64,000 nucleotides of DNA from Candidatus Nomurabacteria bacterium (GTDB taxonomy: Bacteria; Patescibacteriota; Minisyncoccia; Phycocordibacterales; UBA9973). The stretch covers positions 141,860 through 205,859 of the forward strand of contig JACKGL010000002.1 in the NCBI GenBank assembly GCA_020631955.1, given 5' to 3'. Within the stretch, counting starts at the first letter, position 1. Each line of letters begins with the position of its first letter. Shown in pieces: positions 40,197 to 50,134 of this stretch. The translations under genes and the position numbers were made by a program. The notes beneath the pieces were generated by a model that saw only the letters and a program-made list of their open reading frames with translations, was not told the origin of the DNA and ran no database searches.

Positions 40197-41465
40197 TTAT
40201 ATTCTGGTTTTTATATTCTGGTCTCGTTCAGGTCCGACCGAGACAATATTTATGGGTACACCCAAGGTTTCCTCAATGAACTTGATGTACCCCGTGAGAC
40301 CTATTGGTATATGGTAACTTTCTCTTATATCAGAGATATCACCCCAACCAGGCAGTTCTTTGTACACAGGCATGTGTTTTTCGGACAGATCAAAAGGCAT
40401 ATCGTTGTACACATTACCATCTTCATCTCTGTAAGCGACACAGACCTTCAGGCTTTCAAAACCTGCAAGTACATCAGCTTTGGTAAGGATGATTTCATCC
40501 ACACCATTGGTCTGGACCGCATGTTTTAGTACAACCATATCCAGCCATCCACACCTACGTGGTCTGCCGGTGGTAGAACCGTACTCACACCCTACATCCT
40601 TCATTCTATCTCCGGTGCTGTTACGAAGCTCGGTAGGGAAAGGTCCTTCACCCACTCTAGTGGTGTAGGCCTTGGCAATACCGATGACCTTACCGATCAT
40701 CTTGGTCGATATCCCGAGACCTGTACATACTCCACCTATAGTCACATTTGAAGAGGTGACAAATGGATATGTGCCATGGTTGATATCGAGCATGGTGCCC
40801 TGTGCTCCTTCTGCCAAGACTTTTTTTCCCGCAGAAAGTTGTTTTCTCAGGTAATATCCTGAGTACACGACTTGTATGCCACTTTCCAAGAACCAGTCTA
40901 CAGCGGCGAAGAAGTCATCATCAGAGAGTACTTCTTCGTTGCAGTTGTTGCTGTGCAACAACTGTTCATGGCTTTTCCTCAGTTTGTAATATTTCTCTTT
41001 AAAGTAAATACTGAATAGATCTCCGATACGAAGTCCTTTACGTTGTGTCCGGTCAGTATAAGCAGGTCCTATGCCTTTTTTTGTTGTTCCTATCTTGTTG
41101 CTACTTATTTTTTCATTCATACCATCTAACAGCCTGTGTGTTGGTATGATGATGTTTGCGTTTTGGCAAACAAGAAGTCTCTCGGTTATACCAGGATCTG
41201 ACTGCTGAAGACTTTCCACCTCTTCTTTGAATAATATCAGGTCTATGACCATACCACCACCCAAAAGGTTGATAGTGCCTTCGTTAAATACCCCGGAAGG
41301 TACCATGTGAAGTACGTGCTTCTTTTCTCCGATCACTATAGTGTGGCCAGCATTGGGTCCACCCTGGAATCTTGCAAATATGTCATATTCACTGAGCAAG
41401 TCGGTGAATTTACCTTTTCCTTCGTCACCCCACTGGAGTCCGAGGAGTACATCTACTTTTGCCAT
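40197..41465 (-). CDS. purA: Adenylosuccinate synthetase
   Basis: GLQWGDEGKGK P-loop, GTTKKGIGPAY, and TTGRPRRCGW. Start at MAKVDVLLG. Confidence 0.9.
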   Translation of the reverse strand: MAKVDVLLGLQWGDEGKGKFTDLLSEYDIFARFQGGPNAGHTIVIGEKKHVLHMVPSGVFNEGTINLLGGGMVIDLILFKEEVESLQQSDPGITERLLVCQNANIIIPTHRLLDGMNEKISSNKIGTTKKGIGPAYTDRTQRKGLRIGDLFSIYFKEKYYKLRKSHEQLLHSNNCNEEVLSDDDFFAAVDWFLESGIQVVYSGYYLRKQLSAGKKVLAEGAQGTMLDINHGTYPFVTSSNVTIGGVCTGLGISTKMIGKVIGIAKAYTTRVGEGPFPTELRNSTGDRMKDVGCEYGSTTGRPRRCGWLDMVVLKHAVQTNGVDEIILTKADVLAGFESLKVCVAYRDEDGNVYNDMPFDLSEKHMPVYKELPGWGDISDIRESYHIPIGLTGYIKFIEETLGVPINIVSVGPERDQNIKTRI

Positions 41466-41586
41466 TATGAATCTACAGTTTGTTCTACTTGATAGTATAT
41501 TCTTTTTCTCAAATGTCAATTTTGGACTGTGTTCTAATTTATCCCCAACCCTTTCCGGGTATCATAAATAGTAGTAAAATTAATAT

Positions 41587-42102
41587 ATGACATATAATTT
41601 ACATCCAATATTTGTGCACTTTCCTATAGCACTACTTACGCTTTATTCCGTATTAGCTGTGTTGCCATTTCGCAAATGGTTTCCAAATGTGAACTGGAGA
41701 GATATACTTTTTGTACTTTTAGCAGCTGGATTTTTCGGAGCGTACTTATCTACCGCCACAGGAGAAACGGCAGAACATTTAGTAAGAGTAGATAGTAATG
41801 TTTTGCATGCTCATACTTTTTTTGCTGCTATGTCTATGTGGACTTATGGGCTTCTGTTTTTGGGAGAAGCACTCAGAGTTCTGGATGCTAAGATAAAAAG
41901 GCTTGGTTTTATTTCTTTTTTGTTTCCTATTTTAGATAAAGTAAAAAACATTTTGCAAAATAAAGGTGTTATGTTTTTGCTGGCGGCGCTTGGTTTTGTG
42001 GCTATGCTCCTCACAGGGCTTTTAGGGGGAGTAATGGTGCACGGCGCCACGGCAGACCCACTTGCTCCTATCGTACTTAGATTATTAGGTATCAATGCAT
42101 AA
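41587..42102 (+). CDS. DUF2231-like membrane protein
   Basis: HPIFVHFPIALL N-terminal motif and 4 TM helices. Confidence 0.5.
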   Translation: MTYNLHPIFVHFPIALLTLYSVLAVLPFRKWFPNVNWRDILFVLLAAGFFGAYLSTATGETAEHLVRVDSNVLHAHTFFAAMSMWTYGLLFLGEALRVLDAKIKRLGFISFLFPILDKVKNILQNKGVMFLLAALGFVAMLLTGLLGGVMVHGATADPLAPIVLRLLGINA

Positions 42103-42103
42103 T

Positions 42104-42499
42104 ATGAAAGGTTTTAAAGAAAACATAGAAAAACTAACACTTGAAAATGAGAACTTTAGAAAAGTCCTCTATACAGGACAAGAAAGCCAGCTCGTTTTGA
42201 TGAGTTTGCTTCCTGGTGAAGATATAGGATATGAAGTACATAAAGAAAATGATCAATTTTTCCGATTTGAAGCAGGTAGTGGGGAAGTGCATATAGATGA
42301 TACTGTGTACAATGTGTCTGCTGACGATGCTGTTATAGTGCCAAAAGGAGCTCGTCATAACATAATAAATACAGGAGAAGATAAAATGAAGCTCTACACT
42401 ATATATTCGCCAGCTCATCATAAAGATGGTATTGTAAGAGACACTAAGAAGGAGGCAGAAGAAAACGAAGCCGAGTTTGACGGAGTGACTACAGAGTAA
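42104..42499 (+). CDS. Cupin domain protein
   Basis: GYEVHKENDQFFRFEAGSGEV...VPKGARHNIINTG cupin motifs. Confidence 0.6.
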   Translation: MKGFKENIEKLTLENENFRKVLYTGQESQLVLMSLLPGEDIGYEVHKENDQFFRFEAGSGEVHIDDTVYNVSADDAVIVPKGARHNIINTGEDKMKLYTIYSPAHHKDGIVRDTKKEAEENEAEFDGVTTE

Positions 42500-43627
42500 C
42501 TAGTGACAATGTGCGCATGTGTGCCTAGTATCATTAATCTCTAAGTGATCCTTATTTATAAGAAGTATTGCTAAATAAGTGGTTATTGGTACACATAATA
42601 TGATACCAATGCTTCCAGCTAGGGTTCTTACTATTTCAGCTGCTAACTGCTCTGTATTTACTGTATACAAAAATGACAGATTTAGACTCTTATATAATAG
42701 TAATGTAGGTAAGCCCACACCAGCATAAGCTAGCACTAGAGTATTTACCAAAGAACTAGTGTGGTCTTTTCCTACAGTTAGCGCTCCTCTGAAAACATCT
42801 TTTTTGGATTGATTAGGGTTTGATTGCCAAAGTTGTTTCACTATAGAGACCTGTGTAATAGCAATATCATCTAATACACCTATAATTCCTATTATAATTC
42901 CACCCAGAAGTATTCCTTTTACATCTATAAACCCCCCTGAGTTGAAGTTTACGTAAACAGCTTCCTCAGATACGTATCCGTTTAGCTGTCCTAGTTCTAC
43001 AGAAAAGTATGCCAAGAGAGCTGTTATGATCATTGTTGTGCCCAACCCTAAAAGAGCAATAAAAGATGTCCTGTTCCACCCGTGAGTAATTATTACTGCA
43101 AAAAACAGTATTATTATTGAAATAATTATAGAAAATAATACCGGCGATCCAAATTTCATCAAACCTGGCAATAGAACATATATAATAACTAAAAATGACC
43201 CTAAAAGTCCTAAAATACTTTTTACACCTTGTTTACCGGCAAAGATTATTACAGTGGCAATAAAAATAAGAAGCAAAATAAATAATATAAAAGATCTATC
43301 TATTTGGTTTACATATTTATATGTAACATCATTGAACTCATCATAATTTTCTAATACAAAAAATCTATCCCCAACTTTAAGTGGAAAAGTGTCATTTGTT
43401 ATATCAAAAACCTCACCCTTGTTTTCCTTGGAAAGGGAAGTAGCTTTTATTTCTTGTATTAGTACCTCATTTTCGCTATATGTACTTTCAAAGTATTCAG
43501 AGGTTATTTCTAGTACTTCTGCCCTATATATTTTTTCTTGAGTTTTTTGTTCTTCGGCAAGGGAAAAGTTTAAAGGTAAAGAAAAAATATATAAAACTAT
43601 TATAAATAACTGCAATTTTTTCTGCAT
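42500..43627 (-). CDS. YibE/F-like polytopic membrane protein
   Basis: Signal peptide, an extracytoplasmic N-terminal domain, then about 7 TM helices. The C-terminus HTCAHCH may bind metal. Confidence 0.45.
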   Translation of the reverse strand: MQKKLQLFIIVLYIFSLPLNFSLAEEQKTQEKIYRAEVLEITSEYFESTYSENEVLIQEIKATSLSKENKGEVFDITNDTFPLKVGDRFFVLENYDEFNDVTYKYVNQIDRSFILFILLLIFIATVIIFAGKQGVKSILGLLGSFLVIIYVLLPGLMKFGSPVLFSIIISIIILFFAVIITHGWNRTSFIALLGLGTTMIITALLAYFSVELGQLNGYVSEEAVYVNFNSGGFIDVKGILLGGIIIGIIGVLDDIAITQVSIVKQLWQSNPNQSKKDVFRGALTVGKDHTSSLVNTLVLAYAGVGLPTLLLYKSLNLSFLYTVNTEQLAAEIVRTLAGSIGIILCVPITTYLAILLINKDHLEINDTRHTCAHCH

Positions 43628-43682
43628 TATTTAATGCTATCAAATAAAGTTTTAGATTCAAAGTTTGTTTATGCGAATAGTT

Positions 43683-43698
43683 TGCAAAATAATTTGTA
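43683..43698. promoter_or_regulatory. Degenerate copy of the Fur/Zur-type operator
   Basis: TGCAAAATAATTTGTA, which matches the perfect palindrome 17 nt downstream except for one extra base and one substitution. Confidence 0.4.
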
Positions 43699-43714
43699 TA
43701 TGTTAAGATACTAA

Positions 43715-43729
43715 TGCAAATAATTTGCA
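43715..43729. promoter_or_regulatory. Candidate Fur/Zur-family operator (perfect 7-1-7 palindrome)
   Basis: TGCAAAT-A-ATTTGCA lies in the divergent promoter region between the YibE/F-like and ZIP transporter genes. A Fur-family gene follows the ZIP gene. Confidence 0.5.
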
Positions 43730-43757
43730 AATATTTTATTAGTATTTATTATAGATC

Positions 43758-44576
43758 ATGTATTTTTATCCACTTATAGCAGCATTATTGGTTTCTGTAG
43801 TTTCGTTATCAGGAGCTCTTTTTTTAGCTGGTCCACTTAAAAAACTACTCAATATGCACCTGTCTTATTTATCTTCTTTCTCTGCTGGTGTATATATAGT
43901 TACAGCTATACTTATTATTTTAGAAGCTAGTGAGTCCTTGAGTATTGGATTTACTATACTTTTTGTTTCCATAGGTTTTGTTCTTTTCTTTGCTTTGGAA
44001 AAGTTGATCCCCGAAGCCCACCATTGTTCGCACGACGGCTGTGACACCACTCACAATGAGAAGTTTGCTAGTAAGGTACTTCTTTCTGATTATTTTCATA
44101 ACATAGGAGATGGTATTCTTATAGCTGCATCATTCTCGGCAAGTGTCAGTATAGGTATACTAGTCACACTTAGTATTGTCGTTCATGAGTTTGTTCAAGA
44201 AATATCAGAATTCATACTCCTGAAAGAAGCTGGGTATAGTAACAGAAAAGCTCTTTATAGAAATTTCATTGTCGCACTCAGTGTGTTTTTAGGAGTGGGT
44301 CTAGGTCTTTTGATAAAAGACATGCATGTTTTTGAGTCAATAATACTTGCGATAGCATCTGGGGCTCTGCTACAAGTTGTATTTGTGGATATTTTACCAC
44401 ACAAGACCCAAGGTAATTTTTCTCATATAATGAGACACTCGATGATATTTGTTTTTGGTGTAATAGTAATACTTGGTATTAGAAACATTGTTCCGCATAC
44501 TCATGTATTGGAAGACGAACACGGACATCACGAAAATGAAGATGAGAATGAAAACGACCATAATCTGGATATGTAA
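43758..44576 (+). CDS. ZIP family divalent-metal transporter
   Basis: HNIGDGILIA and HEFVQEISEF motifs and a His/Asp/Glu-rich C-terminus. Confidence 0.8.
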   Translation: MYFYPLIAALLVSVVSLSGALFLAGPLKKLLNMHLSYLSSFSAGVYIVTAILIILEASESLSIGFTILFVSIGFVLFFALEKLIPEAHHCSHDGCDTTHNEKFASKVLLSDYFHNIGDGILIAASFSASVSIGILVTLSIVVHEFVQEISEFILLKEAGYSNRKALYRNFIVALSVFLGVGLGLLIKDMHVFESIILAIASGALLQVVFVDILPHKTQGNFSHIMRHSMIFVFGVIVILGIRNIVPHTHVLEDEHGHHENEDENENDHNLDM

Positions 44577-44605
44577 TATGTAGTATAATATATTTGTAAA
44601 TATTT

Positions 44606-44962
44606 ATGAGGAAGACACAAAACAGAGAAGATATAATAAACATTTTTAAGAAAAATCCAGGGAAGTTTTTTTCTGCGAAGGAAATTTATGAAAAATTACA
44701 AGATTTAGACTTGGCTACTGTTTATAGAAACCTCTCTTTATTTAAAAATGAAGGACTTATAAAAGAACATAAAATTAACACAGAAAAAGAATCATTTTAT
44801 GAATTTTCAAGTAATAACTCGCATCATCATGTAGTCTGTGAGGCTTGTAGTGAAGTAATACATGTTGATCTACCAAAAAGTGTTTTAAAGAATATAAAAG
44901 GTATCGGTCATTTTAAAAATGGCAGTATTTCCGTGACTATTTCTGGTGTTTGTGATAAGTAA
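44606..44962 (+). CDS. Fur family transcriptional regulator (possibly Zur)
   Basis: 118 aa; winged-helix ATVYRNLSLFKNEGLI, HHHVVCEACSEVIHV metal site. Confidence 0.7.
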   Translation: MRKTQNREDIINIFKKNPGKFFSAKEIYEKLQDLDLATVYRNLSLFKNEGLIKEHKINTEKESFYEFSSNNSHHHVVCEACSEVIHVDLPKSVLKNIKGIGHFKNGSISVTISGVCDK

Positions 44963-45005
44963 TCAGTTGTATGCCCACTAATTTCTATTGTGATATAATT
45001 GGAGT

Positions 45006-45329
45006 ATGAATTTTGGCATGGAAAACGGAGGTCTTTTTCCTAAAAAAGATCTGGAAAACACAGAAAATAAAATTGAGGTTAAAAATTATACTGAATACGA
45101 TGATAGTCAGGTGAGAACTTATGTATCATTTTTTCTTGCTAATGAGCATGGATATGATCTAAATACAGAAGAGCTGGTAAAAACTATAAAAGACAAACTT
45201 GTAGAAGCATATAATTTTCCAGAAAATGGCGCTGTGGTAGTAGACGGGAAGTATCTTAGAGTGCGATTACCTTCCGGGGAATTTTTTCAAAAACCATTAT
45301 TAGATCAACAGCTAGATGAAGCTGCTTAA
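45006..45329 (+). CDS. Hypothetical protein
   Basis: 107-aa ORF with no motif. Confidence 0.4.
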   Translation: MNFGMENGGLFPKKDLENTENKIEVKNYTEYDDSQVRTYVSFFLANEHGYDLNTEELVKTIKDKLVEAYNFPENGAVVVDGKYLRVRLPSGEFFQKPLLDQQLDEAA

Positions 45330-45373
45330 ATACTTTCTTTACTAAAAAACGATTTTTTGTTAGATTCTTTTTT

Positions 45374-46123
45374 ATGCAAAAAAACACCCAAGCAATAATA
45401 CTAGCAGCAGGTAAGGGGACCAGAATGAAGACAGAACACCCAAAATGTCTTACACCTCTTGGAAATAAGACCTTTTTAGATATGGTACTTTTAGCTACAG
45501 AGTCAGTGTGTGATAGATCTGTAGTAGTTGTGGGATATAAAGGGGAAGAAGTGATAAACCACGTAAGTGATGGGGTGGCAGATTTTGTCTGGCAAAAAGA
45601 GCAACTTGGTACAGGTCATGCAGTAGCTGCAGCAAAAGACATTTCTAAGAGCAGGGATTTACCCAACACACTAGTGCTCATGGGTGATCAGCCTCTTATC
45701 TCAGGTAGTACACTTGAAGAGCTTGTGAAAGTTCATTCTGACAAAGAAGCTACCATCACACTACTGACCGCTGTTGTGCCTGACTTTGAAAATGAATTTT
45801 CTCCTTTTTTACGTTTTGGTCGCATCATAAGAGACGAACACAATGCTGTAGACAAGATAGTAGAATACAAAGACGCGACAGAAGAAGAAAAGAATATAAA
45901 AGAAGTAAATATAGGTACTTATATTTTTGATTCAAATTTTCTCTGGCAACATATAGAAAAACTAGGCAACAAAAACGCTTCTGGAGAATATTATATTACT
46001 GACCTTATCCAAATAGCTTTTGAAGAAGGAAAGAAGGTGTTGCCTTTTGTACTTCCAGACACAAAAGAAGCTTTTGGAGTGAATTCACCTGAAGATCTAG
46101 AAATAGTAAAAAATAAAATCTAA
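45374..46123 (+). CDS. Sugar-phosphate nucleotidyltransferase (GlmU N-terminal-domain-like)
   Basis: AIILAAGKGTRMK signature and LGTGHAV. Confidence 0.65.
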   Translation: MQKNTQAIILAAGKGTRMKTEHPKCLTPLGNKTFLDMVLLATESVCDRSVVVVGYKGEEVINHVSDGVADFVWQKEQLGTGHAVAAAKDISKSRDLPNTLVLMGDQPLISGSTLEELVKVHSDKEATITLLTAVVPDFENEFSPFLRFGRIIRDEHNAVDKIVEYKDATEEEKNIKEVNIGTYIFDSNFLWQHIEKLGNKNASGEYYITDLIQIAFEEGKKVLPFVLPDTKEAFGVNSPEDLEIVKNKI

Positions 46124-46141
46124 TTTGTTATAATTAGACTT

Positions 46142-47110
46142 ATGGTACTTGAATTTGTTTTATTTGCTTTAGGTTTTTTTGTACTTATAAAAGGAGCCGA
46201 CCTAGTAGTTACCGGCGCTTCTGGTATAGCGAAAAAAATGGGAGTAAGTCAACTCGTCATAGGTCTTACGATAGTAGCTTTTGGTACATCTGCTCCAGAG
46301 CTAGGGGTAAATATATTTTCTGCGCTCAAGGGTGTGACAGATATAGCTATAGGTAATATTTTGGGTAGCAACATAGCCAACATACTACTTATTTTAGGTA
46401 TATCAGCGATGTTTGCTGATCTTACTGTACAAAAGGATACTATATTTAAAGAAATACCCTTTAGTCTTTTAGCAGCGCTTGTTTTGATATTTTTGGCTGC
46501 TGATGGACTTTTTATATCTAGTTATGAATCACTTCTTACTAGAGGAGACGGGCTTACACTACTAGCCTTTTTCTCAATATTCTTTTACTACACTGTTAGC
46601 ATCGCCAAAAATGGTAATACTAAAATAGAAGAAGAGGAAGATAAAGAGACAACAAAAAAGATACTTCATCTTGTTTTTATTATCATACTTGGTTTTGTAA
46701 TGCTCGTCTTTGGAGGTAGGTGGATAGTCAATGGTGCCACTACCATAGCAGAGCTTTTAGGACTATCTCAGTCCATAATAGGTCTTACCATTGTTGCTAT
46801 AGGTACATCTTTACCAGAACTAGTGACCTCTGTCATCGCTGTACGAAAAGGGGAGATAGATATAGCTATAGGTAATGTTGTGGGGTCTAATATTTTTAAT
46901 ATATTTTTGGTTTTAGGTATTACATCTATAATAAGACCACTTCCTTTTTCTGACACCGCGCTCTCCTATGCTTTCATGACTGTAGCTACTAGTATGCTTT
47001 TGTTTGCATTTTTGTTTGTTGGTAAGAGGCACACTATAGATAGATGGCAGGGTTATGTGTATGTGGGTCTTTATATTTTATATATAGTTTATATTATTTT
47101 TATTTCCTAG
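46142..47110 (+). CDS. CaCA family cation/Ca2+ exchanger (YrbG-like)
   Basis: Duplicated alpha-repeats GTSAPELGV...GNILGSNIANILL and GTSLPELVT...GNVVGSNIFNIFL. Confidence 0.8.
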   Translation: MVLEFVLFALGFFVLIKGADLVVTGASGIAKKMGVSQLVIGLTIVAFGTSAPELGVNIFSALKGVTDIAIGNILGSNIANILLILGISAMFADLTVQKDTIFKEIPFSLLAALVLIFLAADGLFISSYESLLTRGDGLTLLAFFSIFFYYTVSIAKNGNTKIEEEEDKETTKKILHLVFIIILGFVMLVFGGRWIVNGATTIAELLGLSQSIIGLTIVAIGTSLPELVTSVIAVRKGEIDIAIGNVVGSNIFNIFLVLGITSIIRPLPFSDTALSYAFMTVATSMLLFAFLFVGKRHTIDRWQGYVYVGLYILYIVYIIFIS

Positions 47111-47113
47111 TTT

Positions 47114-47632
47114 ATGGGTAAGACTGTAAAAGTGTCTGACAAGATGCAAAAAAATTACACTTATGAATTGTCTGAACCTATAGGTAAGAATTTTGATAAA
47201 GATTTCAAGCCAGACCTTACTCCAAAAGAGATGCTCTCGTTAGGTGTGTTCGGTGGAGTGTATATGAGAGATTGTCAGAAAGAGTTTCCAAAAGATTGGT
47301 TTAAAAAGGCTAAGTTTGCTCCGAAAGGAGTTTATAGGCCGCAAGCTAGTATTAATTATTTTGGTGTAAATGCTTCACAGTCTCTTGCTGAGTGGGAAAA
47401 GAAGGGTTGGATAAATGAGAAGAATGATCCACGTGGCTGGTTTCAATGGTACTGTAGATATTATATGGGACGACGACTACCTAAAGAAGACCAAAGACAG
47501 GTAAAAAGATGGAATGCAATAAGGAGACATATAGGACAAATAGCAGCCAACTGTAGACCTGGGGATATTAATTGTCGTCCACGTCAGAGACAGGCATTAT
47601 TACACTGGGCATATGATTCTAGAAAATTCTAA
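47114..47632 (+). CDS. Conserved-looking hypothetical protein (172 aa)
   Basis: Trp/Arg-rich core DPRGWFQWYCRYYMGRR; family not recognised. Confidence 0.5.
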   Translation: MGKTVKVSDKMQKNYTYELSEPIGKNFDKDFKPDLTPKEMLSLGVFGGVYMRDCQKEFPKDWFKKAKFAPKGVYRPQASINYFGVNASQSLAEWEKKGWINEKNDPRGWFQWYCRYYMGRRLPKEDQRQVKRWNAIRRHIGQIAANCRPGDINCRPRQRQALLHWAYDSRKF

Positions 47633-47636
47633 TAAT

Positions 47637-48530
47637 ATGATGAAAAAAGTAGTTATAACAGGTGGGGCGGGATTTATCGGTAGCAAAATAACCGAGTCTC
47701 TCATAGAGAAGGGTTATAGTGTTACCGTTCTTGATATATTTCCACCTAAAACAGAAAAACCCAATCTTTCTTTTGTAAAAGTAGACACATCTTTAGAAAT
47801 GGATCCAAAAATATTTGAAGGAGTGTATGGTGTTATAAATCTTGCTGGAGTAAATATAGGACAGAGATGGAACAAAAAAATAAAAACATCTATCAAAGAT
47901 TCTAGAATAAACACAACTATAAATCTTGTAAGTGCTATTTCAAAAACAAATGTTAAACCAAGCACACTAATATCTGCTTCTGCTGTTGGAATATATGGAG
48001 ACCAAAAAGATGTGCTTCTAGAAGAAGGCTCGAGTTATGGTAGAGATTTTCTCGCACAAGTTGCAAAGAGTTGGGAAGAAGAAGCGTCTAAAGCTCGTGA
48101 TCTTGGAACCAGGGTTTGCCTAGTTAGAACTGCGCATGTCTTAGGGAAAGGCGGGATACTGGGTGCACTTACTCCGGTTTTCAAAAAACACTTAGGTGGA
48201 TATTTTGGAAATGGAAAGCAGTATATGCCATGGGTGCACTGGCAAGACATAGTGAATATATATGTTTTTCTTTTAGAAAAAGACTATGCAAGAGGCTCTT
48301 ATAACACTGGTGCAGGAGAACCTATAACTCAAAAAAAACTTTTTAAAACTTTTGCAAAAGTAAACAAATTTTGGCCTGTATGGATGATCCCTAGACCTAT
48401 AGCAAAAATAGTTTTGGGAGAGTTTGGGCTTTCGCTTTTTTCTTCACAAAAAATCAGCTCCGAAAAGCTGATTTCACTAGGGTTTTCCTTTAAGTACACA
48501 AACGTTTCTGAGGCTATAAAAAATATCTAA
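47637..48530 (+). CDS. NAD-dependent epimerase family protein (YfcH/SDR39U1-like)
   Basis: VVITGGAGFIGS Rossmann motif and the C-terminal SSEKLISLGFSFKY typical of the DUF1731 tail. Confidence 0.75.
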   Translation: MMKKVVITGGAGFIGSKITESLIEKGYSVTVLDIFPPKTEKPNLSFVKVDTSLEMDPKIFEGVYGVINLAGVNIGQRWNKKIKTSIKDSRINTTINLVSAISKTNVKPSTLISASAVGIYGDQKDVLLEEGSSYGRDFLAQVAKSWEEEASKARDLGTRVCLVRTAHVLGKGGILGALTPVFKKHLGGYFGNGKQYMPWVHWQDIVNIYVFLLEKDYARGSYNTGAGEPITQKKLFKTFAKVNKFWPVWMIPRPIAKIVLGEFGLSLFSSQKISSEKLISLGFSFKYTNVSEAIKNI

Positions 48531-49633
48531 TCTTTATTTATTTTTATCACTAATATTTCAGAATCCGTACCTATCCTCATGGGTACAAGTGCGGTACCTA
48601 CTCCTGAGGTGACGATAGATGTATTTCCACCAAAATAGTTTATTCCATATGTGTATGATTTATACATTGATCTTACAAGCCATGTGACAGGGAAGAACTG
48701 ACCTTTGTGTGTATGACCAGATAGTACTAAGGATATTCCTTTTTCCATAAGGAATTTTGCATGTTTTGGATCGTGGAGGAGGGCTATAGAAGATATGGTT
48801 GTGTCTAGATTCATTTTTTGTATCTGTTCTTCTGCGTGATGTTCATTTTTTTCAGAAAAATCAAAACCAGCTATTTGGGTGTCGTTTACTATGGTTTTTT
48901 CATCTATAAGAGTATTGGTTAGGTTTTTTATTATTGGGAAATATTTTTCTGGTTCGGCATTGTAGTATTCATGGTTACCAGGTGTGTAATATACACCATA
49001 TGTACTTTTTATTTCTTGCAAGGGTTGTAATATATTTTCATAATCAAAAACCGGCCCATCTATCACATCTCCTGCGATAAATACTATGTCAGGGTTTGTA
49101 TCATTTATAATCCTTACGACTTTTTTCAAAAACCTCAATTTCCTAGTAGGTCCTATATGTAAATCAGAAATGAGTACTATTTTTTTGTCTTTCCATTTTT
49201 CGTACAAACTCTCATTTTTTATTTCAACGTTTTTTATCTTTGTTTTACTTGCATGGTATATTCCATACTTTACCAATATAACTTCTAGTATGAGTAAGAT
49301 ATAAGTTATTTCTTTGTAAGGTATTTTATAAACAAAAACATCTGTCAGATAAAGTCCCGCTGAGACTATAGATATAGCAAAAGTATACATGATGACAGCT
49401 AGCCAAAAGGCACTCATGTTGTACATGAGAAAATATATTTTTCTATATTTGTTGTACCCCAGAGTCATACTAGCTATGAGCATAGTAGGGAAGAACACAG
49501 ATATTACTAGGATAAGTGATTTAACGCTCTGGCTGATGATATCTATTTTTGTGAACACATCTACGATAAAAAAAGAGGAGAAAAATATTATTACTCCAAA
49601 CGGTATTATCATGAAGAAAAATCTTGATTTCAT
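48527..49633 (-). CDS. Membrane-anchored metallophosphoesterase
   Basis: N-terminal TM helices, then DLHIG, GDVIDG, GNHEY, GHTH motifs. Confidence 0.75.
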   Translation of the reverse strand: MKSRFFFMIIPFGVIIFFSSFFIVDVFTKIDIISQSVKSLILVISVFFPTMLIASMTLGYNKYRKIYFLMYNMSAFWLAVIMYTFAISIVSAGLYLTDVFVYKIPYKEITYILLILEVILVKYGIYHASKTKIKNVEIKNESLYEKWKDKKIVLISDLHIGPTRKLRFLKKVVRIINDTNPDIVFIAGDVIDGPVFDYENILQPLQEIKSTYGVYYTPGNHEYYNAEPEKYFPIIKNLTNTLIDEKTIVNDTQIAGFDFSEKNEHHAEEQIQKMNLDTTISSIALLHDPKHAKFLMEKGISLVLSGHTHKGQFFPVTWLVRSMYKSYTYGINYFGGNTSIVTSGVGTALVPMRIGTDSEILVIKINKD

Positions 49634-50074
49634 TTAAGCCAACTCTTTTAGATCTTTTATCACCTCACTCGCGTGAGTTTCTGGTTTTACTTTGCTATAA
49701 ATTTTTCTCACGACACCTTCCGGGTCTATAAGAAAAGAAATTCTTTTTGGCATCATGATACCGTCAGCTCCATATTCGTTTATTATTTTTCCTTCTTTGT
49801 CGGAGATAAGAGTGAAAGGTAGGCCGAACTTTTCTATAAAACCAGAATGAGACTTTTCGCTATCTTTGGATACTCCGAGAACTACGGCGTTTAGTTTTGT
49901 GAACTCTTTGTGAGTGTCGCGAAGAGCACAAGCTTCTTTAGTGCATCCAGGGGTGTTGTCTTTAGGGTAGAAGTACAAAAGTACCCATTTCCCTATGAAA
50001 TCGCTAAGTTTTATTTTGTTGCCACTCTGATCTACAGAGTTGAAGTCTGGCGCTTTTTTGTTTTCTTTTATCAT
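49634..50074 (-). CDS. bcp: Peroxiredoxin (Bcp type)
   Basis: FYPKDNTPGCTKEAC active-site motif. Confidence 0.85.
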   Translation of the reverse strand: MIKENKKAPDFNSVDQSGNKIKLSDFIGKWVLLYFYPKDNTPGCTKEACALRDTHKEFTKLNAVVLGVSKDSEKSHSGFIEKFGLPFTLISDKEGKIINEYGADGIMMPKRISFLIDPEGVVRKIYSKVKPETHASEVIKDLKELA

Positions 50075-50134
50075 CACCATCTATGGTAACAAATTTAGTG
50101 TAAAATACGAGAGTTTGTGTTAATATTTACCGGT

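Noticed and set aside
40197-41465. purA as a horizontally transferred island because it looks G+C-richer than its neighbours.
   Set aside because: There are no flanking repeats, tRNA or mobility genes. Highly conserved enzymes often deviate upward in G+C in AT-rich genomes, and I cannot compute statistics here.
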